From: Paraspadella gotoi
Taxonomy: Eukaryota; Animalia; Chaetognatha
Assembly: GCA_051294375.1 (NCBI GenBank)
Contig: JBJCIZ010000694.1
Span: 1-35,829 of the forward strand
DNA: 35,829 nt
Direction of reading: 5' to 3'
A program made the translations under genes and the position numbers. Below are positions 11,352 to 23,782 of the stretch, one piece after another. Position 1 is the stretch's first letter; each line of letters begins with the position of its first letter. Below the pieces are notes generated by a model. The model saw nothing but the letters and a program-made list of their open reading frames with translations, was not told the DNA's origin and made no database searches.

Positions 11352-14286
11352 GACACAAATGAAAATAACGTGGCGTTACTGTCTCGTGCTGATTTTGTCC
11401 CCTTTAAAATTGTTTCTGAGCCAAATTAATTGATTATTACTTTTGGTAATATGTGCGATATACACTACTGGACATTACTGTGTCTGACCATAACCCTTGA
11501 CCATCAACAAAAAAGCTAACGAGATCAAAAATAGTAAAAAAAGATGAAGCAATATAGCTTGAAACGCTTACAAAATTTTAGACCATTGCTTTTATAGATG
11601 CCAAAAAAAATATTAATATTATTTTAACAAAACTTTAACAATAACTTAATAGTTAACCGAGACCAAGATGAATATTTTTTACCCATCATTTCCTCAATTA
11701 TATGAATCATATGTTTGTAATTAGTCAATTAATCTAAATAACAATATGACAAATTCATTTTCAATTTTTTTTATGAATGGAAGTTTTCTCTGCTTACTCC
11801 CCTTGTGTCTAATTATCTAATATTTTAGAGGTATTTCCAAAAACCTTATATAATTACTATATTTTCACTTTTTTTCAATTCTTTCAAACAAAAACAACAT
11901 CATAAAAACATTTTTAAATTAATAAAAAAAAATTGATTGAATGATTTTGAAAAAATATTTTGAACTTGAGAATAATGGATTTCGAGTTAGGAAAAAAATT
12001 TTGCAATTTTAAAAAAAATCAGCCTCTAGCCTTTCAATTTTTCTAAGGCTGACTTTTTTTATTTTTTTGATATTTTGATTTTCTATGCAAAACCATTATT
12101 CCAATGAGCATAGGTCGGAAAAAAATTTTTTCAACAATTTTAAAAAAATTTCAAACTTTTCTAATTAGGCTTTTTTTGGGAAAAAATAAATCAATTATTA
12201 TACGATGGGTACACCTGAAAGTGATATGTCTCTAAATGACAAAAAAAAATTTCTTCAAGTTTTATTTTAAAATTTAAGTATTGTATCAATAGAAATAAGT
12301 GAGATACCTCTAACTTTGCCAAAATTTTTATTTAACAAAGATTTGTACTGCGTAATTAAAAAAAGTTCTTTTTTTTTAAATAACTTTTGAAAAAAAAGAG
12401 CTAGCAAGATGGTGTGGTATCAAATTAAAGCCCTAATCATGGGAACACCTTTCTAAAAAAAGTTTATTAAATTAAATCCATAAATCTTTACACAGCTTTT
12501 GTTTAATTCAGAGTTAAAAGTATAACAGTATTTTGCTTTAAAAATTTTAATGAAGGCATATGAATTTTTTTATTTTCTTTTGTAATTTGAAAAAGGAAAG
12601 ACTGAATTACATTTTGATTATTATTAAATTTTCTTTATTCCATAAAACTGCTTATATTTTTAAGTTAAAGTAAAAAACAAGCAAAAATTTATGTTTTAGC
12701 TTGATAAAATGTCATTTTAAATATCAAAAATGATAAATACAAAAATGTTTTCAGCTTGATATAAACAGTCTGGACATCTACCTTCTTGTCTGTGAAAAAA
12801 AATATGGAATTTTTCATTATCTTTAACTGCAAACTAAAAGCTTGGACACACTGCTTGTTTATCATAATAAAGTTTTAAAAAAATTATATAACTGGCAATA
12901 TATTTGACAAAGCAAGACATCATTGTGTTGATAATTTTTTTTTAAATATAGCAAGGAATTTAATTCTATTATTTATCATCCATTTTAATTTAAAAAAAAA
13001 TATTTATCATAATAGCCCATTAGAACAGGGTTCATTGACTGACTTAATATTGAATTTTTAGATATCTTTACTGCCCCATTTCACAAGATATAAAAGTAGG
13101 ACTAGCTCTGACGAAAAAGTCAGAGGTTTTTTTAATATATTCTTGACCGGCCAATGTAGAATGATGGCAATATTTGCTATTTTAAGTTTCAAAAAAATCC
13201 GACCATAAATATAGAAAATATTAACCAAAATCTTGGAAAATTCACCCCTTCTTTGGAAGATTTCGCCATATAAGATTTTTTCCGAATCTGACTCCCGGTT
13301 GAAAACTCTTAGAATTCCGATCTGTAGCTCCTCTTTTACTTTTACTTTAAATAAAAATTTCAGCAAAATGGACTAATTCACTTTAACATGATTGTATCAT
13401 ATTAAAATAACCAAATGAAATGTAAAGAAAATTTTGAGAGCCCTTACACATTTGCTATCGATTCTGAATCGAAGTTATTGTAAAATAGACAACATACCTT
13501 AAATGCGTTGACATTGTATTGAAGTTGAGAAATCCCTTATTTTATATATAAAAATTGCGTCAAAAAATTTCCCAGAGCGACCAGTCCATTTGAATCGAAT
13601 GGTTCATGTCAAATGATGGTATTGTCAAGAGAAAAAAAATGCGAGCCCTTCAGATGCAACAGGATCGGAATCAAGTGTTTTTACATCTATTTTTACCCGA
13701 ATTTTTCCCAGGGGCGTTGACATTATTTGGTAGTCAGATTTGAACGAAAATTCCATTGAAAAAGTTTCCTCGATTTCTAAGAACTACGTAGACTCCTATA
13801 AAAGGTCATTGTTATCATGTCAGTAAGTCCAGATTATCTGTACCTTTATGCAACCTGCATTCTGAATTTTATTTTTTTTCCTTTCAAATGTATTAAATAA
13901 AAAAAATTATTTGAGAGAAAACAATCGGCGTGGAGGATGCCATTGGTAAGCCTTAGTTACCCCACTTCCCGATCGAATTTTTTAAATGAGGTTTTTTTCC
14001 ATCTATTTGAGACATAACACTAACTATTGGTACTATTATTTTTTTTTTATTTTTTTCTATTACAATTCTAGGAATAAATATGAATAAGTAACTTTTTAAA
14101 AAAATTTATCATCTTTCACCCTATATTTCAGTCATATCTAAAAAACAAAAAAAGATTTTGCATTGATATTTTGGATATCGACATATGAAACTATAACGTT
14201 TCAAAAAATAAAAAGAAATATAATAATATTGAACAGTAAATTTTTTTTATGCACGGAACAGTAACGTTACGCCATTTCATTGTGTC
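11352..14286. mobile_element. Non-autonomous TIR DNA transposon, copy 1 (possibly Kolobok-like)
   Basis: Imperfect TIRs GACACAA(A)TGAAA...CGTTACTGT with TATA-rich flanks. Colinear in reverse with 28108-33127; partial copy at about 475-1600. Confidence 0.75.
13097..13797 (+). mobile_element. About 700-bp TAGGA...TCCTA non-autonomous element, copy 1
   Basis: Ends are TAGGACTA(A)GCTCTGACG and ACGTAGACTCCTA with TAAAAG on both flanks. The empty site is at about 28585-28600. Confidence 0.8.
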
Positions 14287-14984
14287 ATATATATATTTAT
14301 AGTTTGCCTATGAATTAATTTAAAGTTGACAAGTCAAAAAGTTTCATTTTCAGTTTTTATCATAATTTGTTAAAAGAAAATTGTTACAAATTGGTTTAAA
14401 TTAACAGAAAATATAGGCTATTGAATTAAGCTTTTTAACACCTATAAAATTATCAAAAAAACTTTTTTTTAAAGACATTTTTTAATTTGTGATTTTTTGT
14501 GACTTGCATTTATTTTTGATAAAGAGAATATTTTCGACTCATTTTTTAGTTTTAAAAGATGAGGTACATCCCTTAACCCAATGGAAAGCGGCTAGGCAAC
14601 CAAAATTGAAATAAAATCTTGCGCTACCCAAAAATTTTTTTACGACAGTTCATTCAAAACCTCAGAAAATAAGAGAACAAGAGAAAAAGAGAAGTGGAGC
14701 GAGAAAGAGAGTGAAAAAAAGAGGAGCAGGTAGAGGGAGAGGGATTGGATTTGAAAGTAGAAAAAAAAGAGAGAAGGCAAGAAAAGATTGAAAAGGAGAG
14801 AGACGAAGAGAGAAGAAAAAAAGAAAAAATAAAAAAGAAGAAAAAAATAATAAGGTAAAAAAGGCAAAAGAGAGGAAAGGGATGAGAGAAGGATTGAAGG
14901 AGGAAAAGAAAGAGTGACAGAGAGGGAGAAAGAGAAGGAAAAAAAAAATGGAGGGGAAAAAAGAAAAAGATTAAGTGTTATGGA

Positions 14985-15160
14985 CATGGTGGACTAAAAT
15001 CCACCAACCATTCATCAGCGGCCATTTGTGCTGGAGGCAAGTCATTCGCCTCCCAACCCAAACGTCCCGGGTTCTAGCCCGGTGGTCGCCTTGCAGCCCC
15101 TGTAACATGGTGTTACAGCCTGATCCGAAGCTCAGGGACTGCTTATATTGAACAGTTCTT
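14985..15160 (+). mobile_element. Family B element with an internal deletion of the twister cleavage-site half
   Basis: Same hairpin, tRNA head, P3, P4, L4 and P5' as the 24.8-kb copy, but the roughly 28-nt segment carrying GA-CGG and UAA is missing. Confidence 0.8.
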
Positions 15161-15426
15161 GTTTTCTGTGTGTTCTTGTTCTCTGTCTCTCTCTCTCTCC
15201 CTTACTCACAAATTTAATTTCTTTTCCCTCACTTTCTCTCTCTCTCTCTCTCTCCCAAAGTCAATTTGGAAAACATGAAAACTGTAAAATTTCAAAAGTA
15301 CTAATGAAGGCTTGAATAAAAGCCGAAACTTGTCTGTACAATAAAAATAAAATCGTTGCATGTATCTAAGACTCGATCTTTAATTTCAAATATCTAAAAA
15401 CACAATGAAAGAAAGTTATAGGACTA

Positions 15427-16578
15427 TAGGACTAAGCTCTGACGAAAAAAGCAGAGTTTTTTTAATATATTCTTATACCGGCCAATGTAGAATGATGGCA
15501 ATATTGTATTTTTAAGTTTCAAAAAAATCCGACTATAAATATAGAAAATATTAACCAAAATCTTCGGAAAATTCACCCCTTCTTTGGAAGATTTTCGCCA
15601 TAAAGATTTTTCCGAATCTGACTCCCGGTTGAAAACTCTTAGAATTCCGATCTGTTAGCTCCTCTTTTATTTTTACTTTAAATAAAAATTTCACAAAAAT
15701 GGACTAATTCACTTTACCATGATCGTATCATATCAAAATAACCTAATAAAATGTAAAAAAAAAATTTTGAGAGCCCTTCAGACACTTTGCCAAAGGATTC
15801 CAAAATTGGACCTCATTGTTGAACAGGAAACATACCTCAGTCACGTATATCGTTTTCAAGGAAAAAAAATCTTTCATTTCTATATAAAATCAGAGATGGA
15901 AAATTTTTCCGTCTAGAAGCAGTCTATTTGTTCTGGCTTGTTTGATATCAAGATGTTGATGATTTGACAAGAGAAAAAAAATGCGAGCCCTTCAGATGCA
16001 ACAGGATCGGAATCAAGTGTTTTACATCGATATTTTACCAGAATTTTTTACCAGGAGCGTTTATATTGTTTGGTAGTCAGATTTGAACGAAAATCTCCAT
16101 TGAAAAAGTCTTCCTCGACTCTAAGAACAACGTTGACTCCTACTTTAAATAAAAATTTCACCAAAATGGACTAATTCACTTTAACATGATCGTATCATAT
16201 TTAAAATAACCAAATGAAAAGTAAAGAAAAATTTTGAAAGCCCTTCAGACATATTGCTATCGGATTCCTGAATTCAAAGTTTATTGTAAAATGACAACAT
16301 ACCTTAAATGCGTTGACATTGTATTTATAATATAAAAATTGCGTCAAAAAATATTTTCCCGAGCAGACCAGTCCATTTGAATCGAATGGTTCGATGTCAA
16401 AATGATGGTTATTTGTCAAGAGGAAAAAAATGCGAGCCCTTCAGATGTAACAGGATCGGAATCGAGTGTTTTTACATCTATTTTTTACCTGAATTTTCAG
16501 GGGCGTTGACATTATTTGGTAGTCAGATATTTAACGAAAACTCTCCATTGAAAAAGTCTTCCTCGACGTAGACTCCTA
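15427..16578 (+). mobile_element. TAGGA...TCCTA element, copy 2, with an internally duplicated right half
   Basis: About 15677-16142 is repeated at about 16145-16578; same termini as copy 1. Confidence 0.75.
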
Positions 16579-16989
16579 ACATTTATGGAATATGCTGGAA
16601 GAAATCAGCAAAACGTTTTCTCTTTTTTTTAAATAGTTTGTACTAGCGCGTCAGAAATCTAAGAAGAAACTCGAAAATTTATTCTGACAAATTTTGCCTT
16701 TCAAGGCTGACGTTTATGATTATATCTCGGAAACCATTGTAGGAATTTAAAAACGGTTTTTTGCAAGTGAATATTGATATCATCCTCCAGGGACCCCAAT
16801 AAAAATATATAAAAAAATAAACTAAGATTGGCTCTTGAGTGAGGTATCTACACTACGCCTTACTAACCAATGAAAGGAAAAGAAATAGTTCAGATTTCGT
16901 TGTTTAAAAGAATCTGATTGTAAGCGGAACCATTTAACTTTCTCATCTTCTTCCCGAACTGACAAAGTCCGAAATCTCTGCGTCAATAA

Positions 16990-17283
16990 TTAAATCCTCG
17001 TTGCCCAAACGATGACAACGGCGACGACGCCCAGCAAGACGAAACGAAAGACTCCGACAGCAAAAGCGACGCCGCCGCACTTCCCTCCTAAAGCCGGACA
17101 GCCTTTGCAGTTGTCGGTGCAAGCATCAAACTTCTGATCATTAACGGTAACTCCGAAGCAGCAGCCGTCGTTATACTGTTGTCCGTTTTTCTTGCAGTAT
17201 TCGTTGGACTTGCAATGGGAACCATCTTCAGCGACGCATAGGATGAACAGCATCAACGGCAGAAAGAAGAAAAGCGAATTCAT
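16990..17283 (-). CDS. Small single-exon Cys-rich membrane/secreted protein (97 aa), nested antisense in a PDXK intron
   Basis: ATG at 17283. Hydrophobic signal-like N-terminus MNSLFFFLPLMLFILCVA, eight Cys in the predicted mature part (C-C-CC-C-C-C-C) and a C-terminal hydrophobic helix. GC-rich island with GTC/GGC codon use like the PDXK exons. Confidence 0.6.
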   Translation of the reverse strand: MNSLFFFLPLMLFILCVAEDGSHCKSNEYCKKNGQQYNDGCCFGVTVNDQKFDACTDNCKGCPALGGKCGGVAFAVGVFRFVLLGVVAVVIVWATRI

Positions 17284-17703
17284 TTCTTTTATCAAATTTA
17301 AAAAAAAAAAAATCGCGAAAGAAATCAATTTTATTTTTTCAAATAAAAAATACTTGGGTCTTTATGGTTGAATTTTTCGGTGATAGAGATTTTTAAGAGT
17401 TTATTTTAATTTTTGTTTTGTTTAAAAAAAATTTATCAATTTGCAAACCCAACAATACGCTTATTGAAGAAAGCGATGCCTTTTTATTTAGTTTCGCTTT
17501 GATTGATAGAATCATTTGTTTTCCGTTAAATATCTTGCCGTGCTCTTCCCCGCAATCAGCTGTTATGTAAGCTAAAGTTTCAGTTTAATCTTTCACAAGA
17601 CTTTTATCTTCAATTCAAACACGTGTGTAAAAGGTTCCGCGTACAAACGTTGTATTTAGGAAAAAAACGACTCTTTCCAATATTGTTCAGTTGTTACTTA
17701 CAA

Positions 17704-19350
17704 TAGAGCTCCCAGAAATACCATTCATTTTTGAAAGTTCCTGATACCTGCAAAGTTTCTTGTGCCAAATTTTGTGGAGAAAACGAATATCACAATATAA
17801 AATTTTCCTGAATGCTCTTTATGGATTTTCCACGCCATTTTTTGCGTCGAACCACTTCCGGTTTTAAAAAATCATGATTTTGGGAAATAAATGAGCTGTT
17901 ATTCAGCTGGCATACTGGCATACTAATTAATCAAAATAAAGTTACTACTAACCTTATTACTAAATTTTTTGTTGTGGTTTATAAATAAGGTTAAAAAATT
18001 ATGATTATGAAAGACTTCAAATTAAAAATTATTAGTTTTTTTTAAGCCAAATCGTCTCTGACCAAATTACTCTACAAATTCTAATAAGATTTTATAAGAA
18101 AGTAAGATTTGGTTATACAAATAGAACTCTCTAAAGGATTTTAAATATTTAATCCTTAAGCCAAGATATTGGCTTTTAAAGGTTTGCCAAATGATGCCAA
18201 AAAAAGTAGCGAATTAGATAGAAGGCGCTTTGGCCTTAGTGGCTAGCAAGCCTCCCACTCAACCTTAACCCTAAACCAGGTCATAATAAGTCTTCTCAGC
18301 TCATGACTTCTCCAGCAAGCTACTTTGATAACCTTAATCTTAACACGGGCCTCCTATTTCACACTAAATTAGAAACTGAACTCTAGAATTACCTGTGGGC
18401 CTCTCCCCCAACCTAAACCTTTTATTCATTTTCAAGCCTCAACACGAATCTTAATGTCCCTGGTACAAGCCTGATTAAGTATTGCGATTTTGCAATTTGG
18501 ACAGGCTCAGAAAAGGACAGTAAGCTTGTTTTAGGGTTAGGGAAGGTACTGGGGAATGAAATTAAGGATTAAAGTTTGGCCTTATTGATGACGGGAGGCA
18601 GGGATGCCTAATGCCTAAGCTTGGGTTAGTGTTGAGGGAGAGGCTTGCATGACAGATATTAGGGTTAGAGATGTCCCTCATACAAGCCTTTCCCTCAACC
18701 CATACCTTACAGCCTTTGCCAATTCCTGTCCATCCCTTTCCCTCAACCTCAATCCTAACCCAGCCTCATAGCCATTGCCAAGGCTAAACCTTAATCCCTA
18801 ACATCCCTGGCCAGTACCTTTCCCAACCTTAACCCTTATTCAGGCCTCAATGTCTCAATGTCAGCAAGCCTTGCCCTACCCCTAAATTAAAAATTAACAT
18901 TATGGTACTCAACCTTGATGGCACAGATATAGCTAACAGCAAAATTATCATTTGGCCAGGTTGCTATGATTAAATATTGCGATTTTGCAATTTGGACAAG
19001 CTCAGAAAAGGACAGGAAGCTTGGGTTAGGGTTAGGGAAGGTACTGAGGAAGGAAATTAAGGATTAAAGTTTGGCCTTATTGATGGCCGGGAGGGTTAGT
19101 GGTAAGGGAGAGGTTGCATAACAGATATTATGGTTAGAGTTGAGGCTCAGAGGTGTTAAGGTTAGGGCGAGGGTTAGGTTAGATATCCCAAGCAAGGGAA
19201 ACTGATTAAGAATAAGGTTTTGCTTAGGGCCTGGTTTAGGGTTAGGGTTGAGTGAGAGGCTTGCTAGCTGCAAAGGCCAAGTCACCTTCCATCTTTTTGC
19301 ATCACTCTGTAAACTTTTTAAAGTCCAATATCTTTGTTTAAAGATTATAG
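17704..19350. mobile_element. TAGAGCTCCCA-ended element carrying a fold-back array of degenerate TTAGGG/CCCTAA repeats; reverse partial copy at about 33530-34439
   Basis: Alternating CCCTAA-rich and TTAGGG-rich blocks at 18260-19260. 18145-18290 is inverted at 19230-19350. Related ends at about 7500-7694 and 4830-4970. Confidence 0.6.
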
Positions 19351-19674
19351 ATTCAATTTCCTTTCGTTTCGTTGTTTTTTGTAGATTTAGAGAAAAAGCT
19401 CATTTTGAGCTTTTTCTTTACCTTTATTTTCTCTAATTCTACAACTTAGCTATCCCTAACCACATATTCTTCTTCTTTCTCTTTATTTCAATCTTAATTA
19501 ATAAACTAATTAAAATATTCTCAGTTGAATCTACTAGTTTAAACAGAAGAAAAAAAGAGAGAAAGAGAGAGCGACATATAATTAAAAGAGAGATAGAGAG
19601 AAGCCTGACAGCCGCTGGAATCAGAAGCAGCAGCGACGGAGAAAAAGAGGGAGAGAGCGCGACATATTATTAAG

Positions 19675-20450
19675 GGTTCCGCGTACAAATGTTGCATTTA
19701 GGAAAAAAACGACTCTTTCCACTATTGTTCAGTTGTTACTTACAATGTTTATTAACTTGTACCACAACACAAATTAGGCCACGAAGGATTGGTTAAAAAC
19801 ATTTTCACCCGTTTCTAATGATAAAAATGTACCATTTTGGCAACTTTTTAGCCAAAAAAAATTATGTCCATTTTTGTCCATTTTTACTTACGACTTCTGA
19901 TTTGAAGCCAAGGAAAGTTGAGAAAATTTTTTTACTTTGGAAATCCGTTTTTTCTTATCTTCTTTACCTCTGGGTAAATTTATTAGCTTAAATCATTTAT
20001 AGTTTGCCTATGAATTAATTTTAAAGTTAACAAGTCAAAAAGTTGGAGTTTCAGTCTTTATCATAATTTGTTAAACAAAATAATACAAATTGGTTAAATT
20101 AACAGAAAATGTAGCCTATTGAATAAGCTTTTAACCACCTATAAAATTATCAAAAAAACTTTTCTGGTTTAGCCACAAATAATTTTTAAAGACGTCTTTT
20201 AATTTGTGTACTTTTTGTGACTTGCATTTATTTTTGATAAAGAGAATATTTTCAACTCATTTTTAGTTTTAAAAGATGAGGTACATACTAACCTTGATTA
20301 ATCAAAAAAAACCGCATCCTTTTAATCCACTGGAAAGCATCAGGACTTGTTTTTCTCCAAATCGACAGATTTTGCGGAAAAATTTTCCGCAAAATCTGTC
20401 GATTTACTAAATTTGCTAGGCAACCAAAAAATTGAAAAAATCATGCGCTA
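19675..20450 (+). repeat. GGTTCCGCGTACAAA-ended repeat family (other pieces at 11044-11340 plus 14295-14640, 17633-17703, and an inverted end at about 16917-16930)
   Basis: Long colinear similarity between copies. The 11-14 kb copy is split by the 11352-14286 element. Confidence 0.7.
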
Positions 20451-21502
20451 ACAATTCATTTTCTTTCTTATAATGCATTTTAAATATTTTTTTTGATTTG
20501 GCTCAATGTAAACGTAGTGAGAGAAAATAGGAAAGGGAAAACAAGAAAAGGAGAAGGGGAGAGAATGAAAGAGAGGGTGAAAGGCAAAAAAACGAAGGCA
20601 ATGGGGAAAAAATAGTGAAACAATTGTAAGGTAAGAAAAGAGGGGAAAATGGAAAAGAAAAAGAGGGGAAAAAAGGGAAAGAATGAAAATGAGAAAAAAA
20701 AGGTGAGGAAAGTGCATGAGTGACCGAAAAAGGTAGGGGCCAAAAAATGGTAAGTGACAGCGTGATAATTAAGGCGGAAAGAGGAAGAGGAAAATATAAA
20801 GTAAAGAGAAGAAAAGGATGAAGAATTATCAGGAAAAGCGTATGAAGGAAAAATTGTATCAGATAATGTGCGTCTTACCTAAATCTTTTGTGTAAGTAAA
20901 AGACATGAGGATTCTTATAAGGATTCGATCTTTAAAAATCATCTGTACCATAAAAATTCAAGCATACTTTTTTCTAAAATTAAGCAGTTAATGAGATTAG
21001 ATGGACAAGCATTGAAGAAATCATGTCTTACCGTATTTTTAACTCATAGAAATTTACATGGGAAGTTCTAAGTGATAAGAAGGAGATAACTTGAGAGAGG
21101 AGAAAGAAGCTGGACGACGCTGCAGAGCCAGAACTCGTTTTAGACAAATCAGAAGAAGCAGTGACTGAGAAAAAAAGAGAGAAGAAGAGAGAGCGACATA
21201 TAATTAAAAAGAAGAGAGAGGGAAAGAGACATATAATTAAAGGTTTTTTGTTTTGTAAATAAAACAACAAATAGGAATATTGATATGAAACATGGGAATT
21301 TTAAAGATCTTGATGATTAGAAGCCATATATAAATTTTCAATTACCTATGATATCACACTTTTAGAAGCCATGATTGCAAAAAAGCGTGACGCAGACGAC
21401 GACGACGACGACTAACGGCACAAAGAAGCGAAAGCGAATTATTATAGAGACAGGACCGGCTTCGCCCGGTCTGTCTCGATAAAAATCGTTATTACAAATT
21501 CA

Positions 21503-22230
21503 TAGGAGTCTACGTCGTTCTTAGAAATCGAGGAAGACTTTTTCAATGGAGATTTTCGTTAAAATCTGACTACCAAATAATGTCACCGCCCCTGGGAAAA
21601 ATTCAGGTAAAAAATAGATGTTAAAACACTCGATTCCGATCCTGTTGCATCTGAAGGGCTCGCATTTTTTTTTTCTCTTGACAAATAACCAATAATTTTG
21701 ACATCAAACCATCAGATTCAAATGGACTGGTCCGCTCGGAAAAATATTTTCGACGCAATTTTTATATATAAAATAAAGGGATTTCTCAACTTCAATACAA
21801 TGTCAACGCATTTAACATATTTGTGATTTTACAATAAACTTCAAATTCAGGAATCAAATAGCCATATGTCTGAAGGGCTCTCAAAATTTTTCTTACATTT
21901 TATTTGGTTATTTTGATATGATACGATCATGGGAAAGTGAATTAGTCCATTTTGGTGAAATTTTTATTTAAAGTAAAAGTAAAAGAGGAGCTAACGATCG
22001 GAATTCTAAGAGTTTTCAACGCGGGAGTCAGATTCGGGAAAAATCTTCTATGGCGAAAATCTTCCAATGAAGGGGTGGATTTTCCGAAGATTTTGGTTAA
22101 TATTTTCTATATTTATGGTAGGATTTTTTTGAAACTTAATATTAACATATTTGCCATCATTCTACCTTGGCCGGTATAAGAATAGTATTTAAAAAAAACC
22201 TCTGGCTTTGTTCGTCAGAGCTTAGTCCTA
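21503..22230 (-). mobile_element. TAGGA...TCCTA element, copy 3, with 7-bp TSD
   Basis: Reverse complement of copy 1. AAATTCA at 21496-21502 and 22231-22237. Confidence 0.82.
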
Positions 22231-23619
22231 AAATTCAAAATACTTTGCTTTCTCCAATATCAATTAACAATTAAAAAGAAAGGATTATCACATCATTAAA
22301 ATATTTATATTATTTTGTAAACTGAATCTGACACAAAAGTCGAAAAGTTAACTTGCCCACAAAGGCTTTGTACTATGCTACCCGTAGTGGTCAGTAAGAA
22401 TGACCTGATTATAACAGATCATGAATGACCTTGTTATGGCTGACCTTTTCAGCCAATGTAAATACGTAGTTGTGATTTTTAGCGTTTTAGCCTTTTTTGC
22501 CACCGCAACGATTCCGCGCCTAGCCCAGGCGCCTCGCCGCGCCAATCAGCCTCTCGTTAGTCTCGTTATGTTGGCGGCGGCGCCTGTTTTGCACAAATCC
22601 GCGTCGAGAACGAGTCCACCAATGCCCACACCAATGAACTCATTCACTATATTTTTTTTCCGTGTTAAGCTCCATAATTTCCGTTTTCTATTTGGTCCGG
22701 AACCGGGATTTCGGATTTAGCGTCGATTCGGTCGGACTAATGATTAGTACTACGTAGTTTAAATATTATGTGGCTCACTTTTTTGATCGTTTAGCAGCGA
22801 AAGTAGATCCCCCGGAACGCGGGTTTTTTGGTTCGCTTTTTGGCGATTACCTTTGAACGCGTGGACCGATTTTAATGAAATTTTAAACTAAGAAACTTGA
22901 GGTTATTTGCTTTAGGGTATTAGGTAATATTTTTTTAAATATTTTTATTTTAAAAATAAATATTTTTAAATATTTTTTAAAATACTTTAAAAGTAAAATT
23001 TAGCCAATTTTTATTAATTTTTTTAAAAAATTAAATGGTTTTTCGAGACTCCAAAACCCCGGTCGGGGAAAGTAAAATATTGTCATTATATCTGGATTAT
23101 TATATGGGTTATTTGGATTACTTTTATTTTCGCCGACCGGGTTTATCTTGTGATAAACATGACATAGGGTTTTGTTTATAAAATTATGCAGGTTCTTTCT
23201 TTTTAGGGAGGAAGGTTTGTCACATGGAAAACTTAATCCACGGGGAGTAGGGTATCGAGCCGCGAAGGCGCCACTTGTGGGGTATTGAAGGCGTGAGGAA
23301 ATAGACGGAAAATCGTTTACTTCGCGAAGAGTAGAAACTAGAGTAGAGAATGTATCGCTAGACAAAATATACCGAGGGGCAGGAGGAGGAGGAAGGAAGA
23401 GGAGAATGGGACGGCAAGCTAAATCCTCCTCTGTATTTATATATTTATTTATATATTTATTTCTTTTTTATACATTAAGCCAAGTTTGTTATGTATAAAA
23501 CTTAGTTTTCCTGTATCAAATATGATTTTTTGTTTGAGTATCAAAGTTTGTCATGGGCTCTAAGTCTAACTAAGGTCGGTTCTTTCTTATGCGATTGCGA
23601 CTTTTAAGATTTTTTTTTT

Positions 23620-23686
23620 GCGAAAACAAAGTTTGAATTTGTACTACGATTTTTTTTAGTAGTACAAATTCAAACTTTGTTTTCGC
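23620..23686. other. Perfect 28-bp hairpin with 11-nt loop
   Basis: 23620-23647 is the exact reverse complement of 23659-23686. Confidence 0.9.
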
Positions 23687-23782
23687 TAAATACTAAAACA
23701 CAACGAAACGAAAGGAATATCACAATATAGATTTTTTTAGAGACGATTTAAAATTTGTAATCTTTATGTATTACAATGTGAG

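Noticed and set aside
13058-13366. ORF repeated at 21952-22179 as a possible transposase
   Set aside because: Short, non-ATG start, frames differ between copies, and no transposase motif.
14640-14987. F/L/S-rich or E/R/K-rich ORFs (also at 3135-3585, 20448-20743, 26860-27286, 31797-32533)
   Set aside because: Translations of purine-rich and (GA)n low-complexity tracts.
15119-15137. Hammerhead ribozyme (CTGAT...GAA)
   Set aside because: No CUGANGA/GAAA core; the sequence fits twister P4/L4 instead.
18260-19260. True telomere or chromosome fusion site
   Set aside because: The repeats are highly degenerate and are part of a dispersed element with a second copy in the window.
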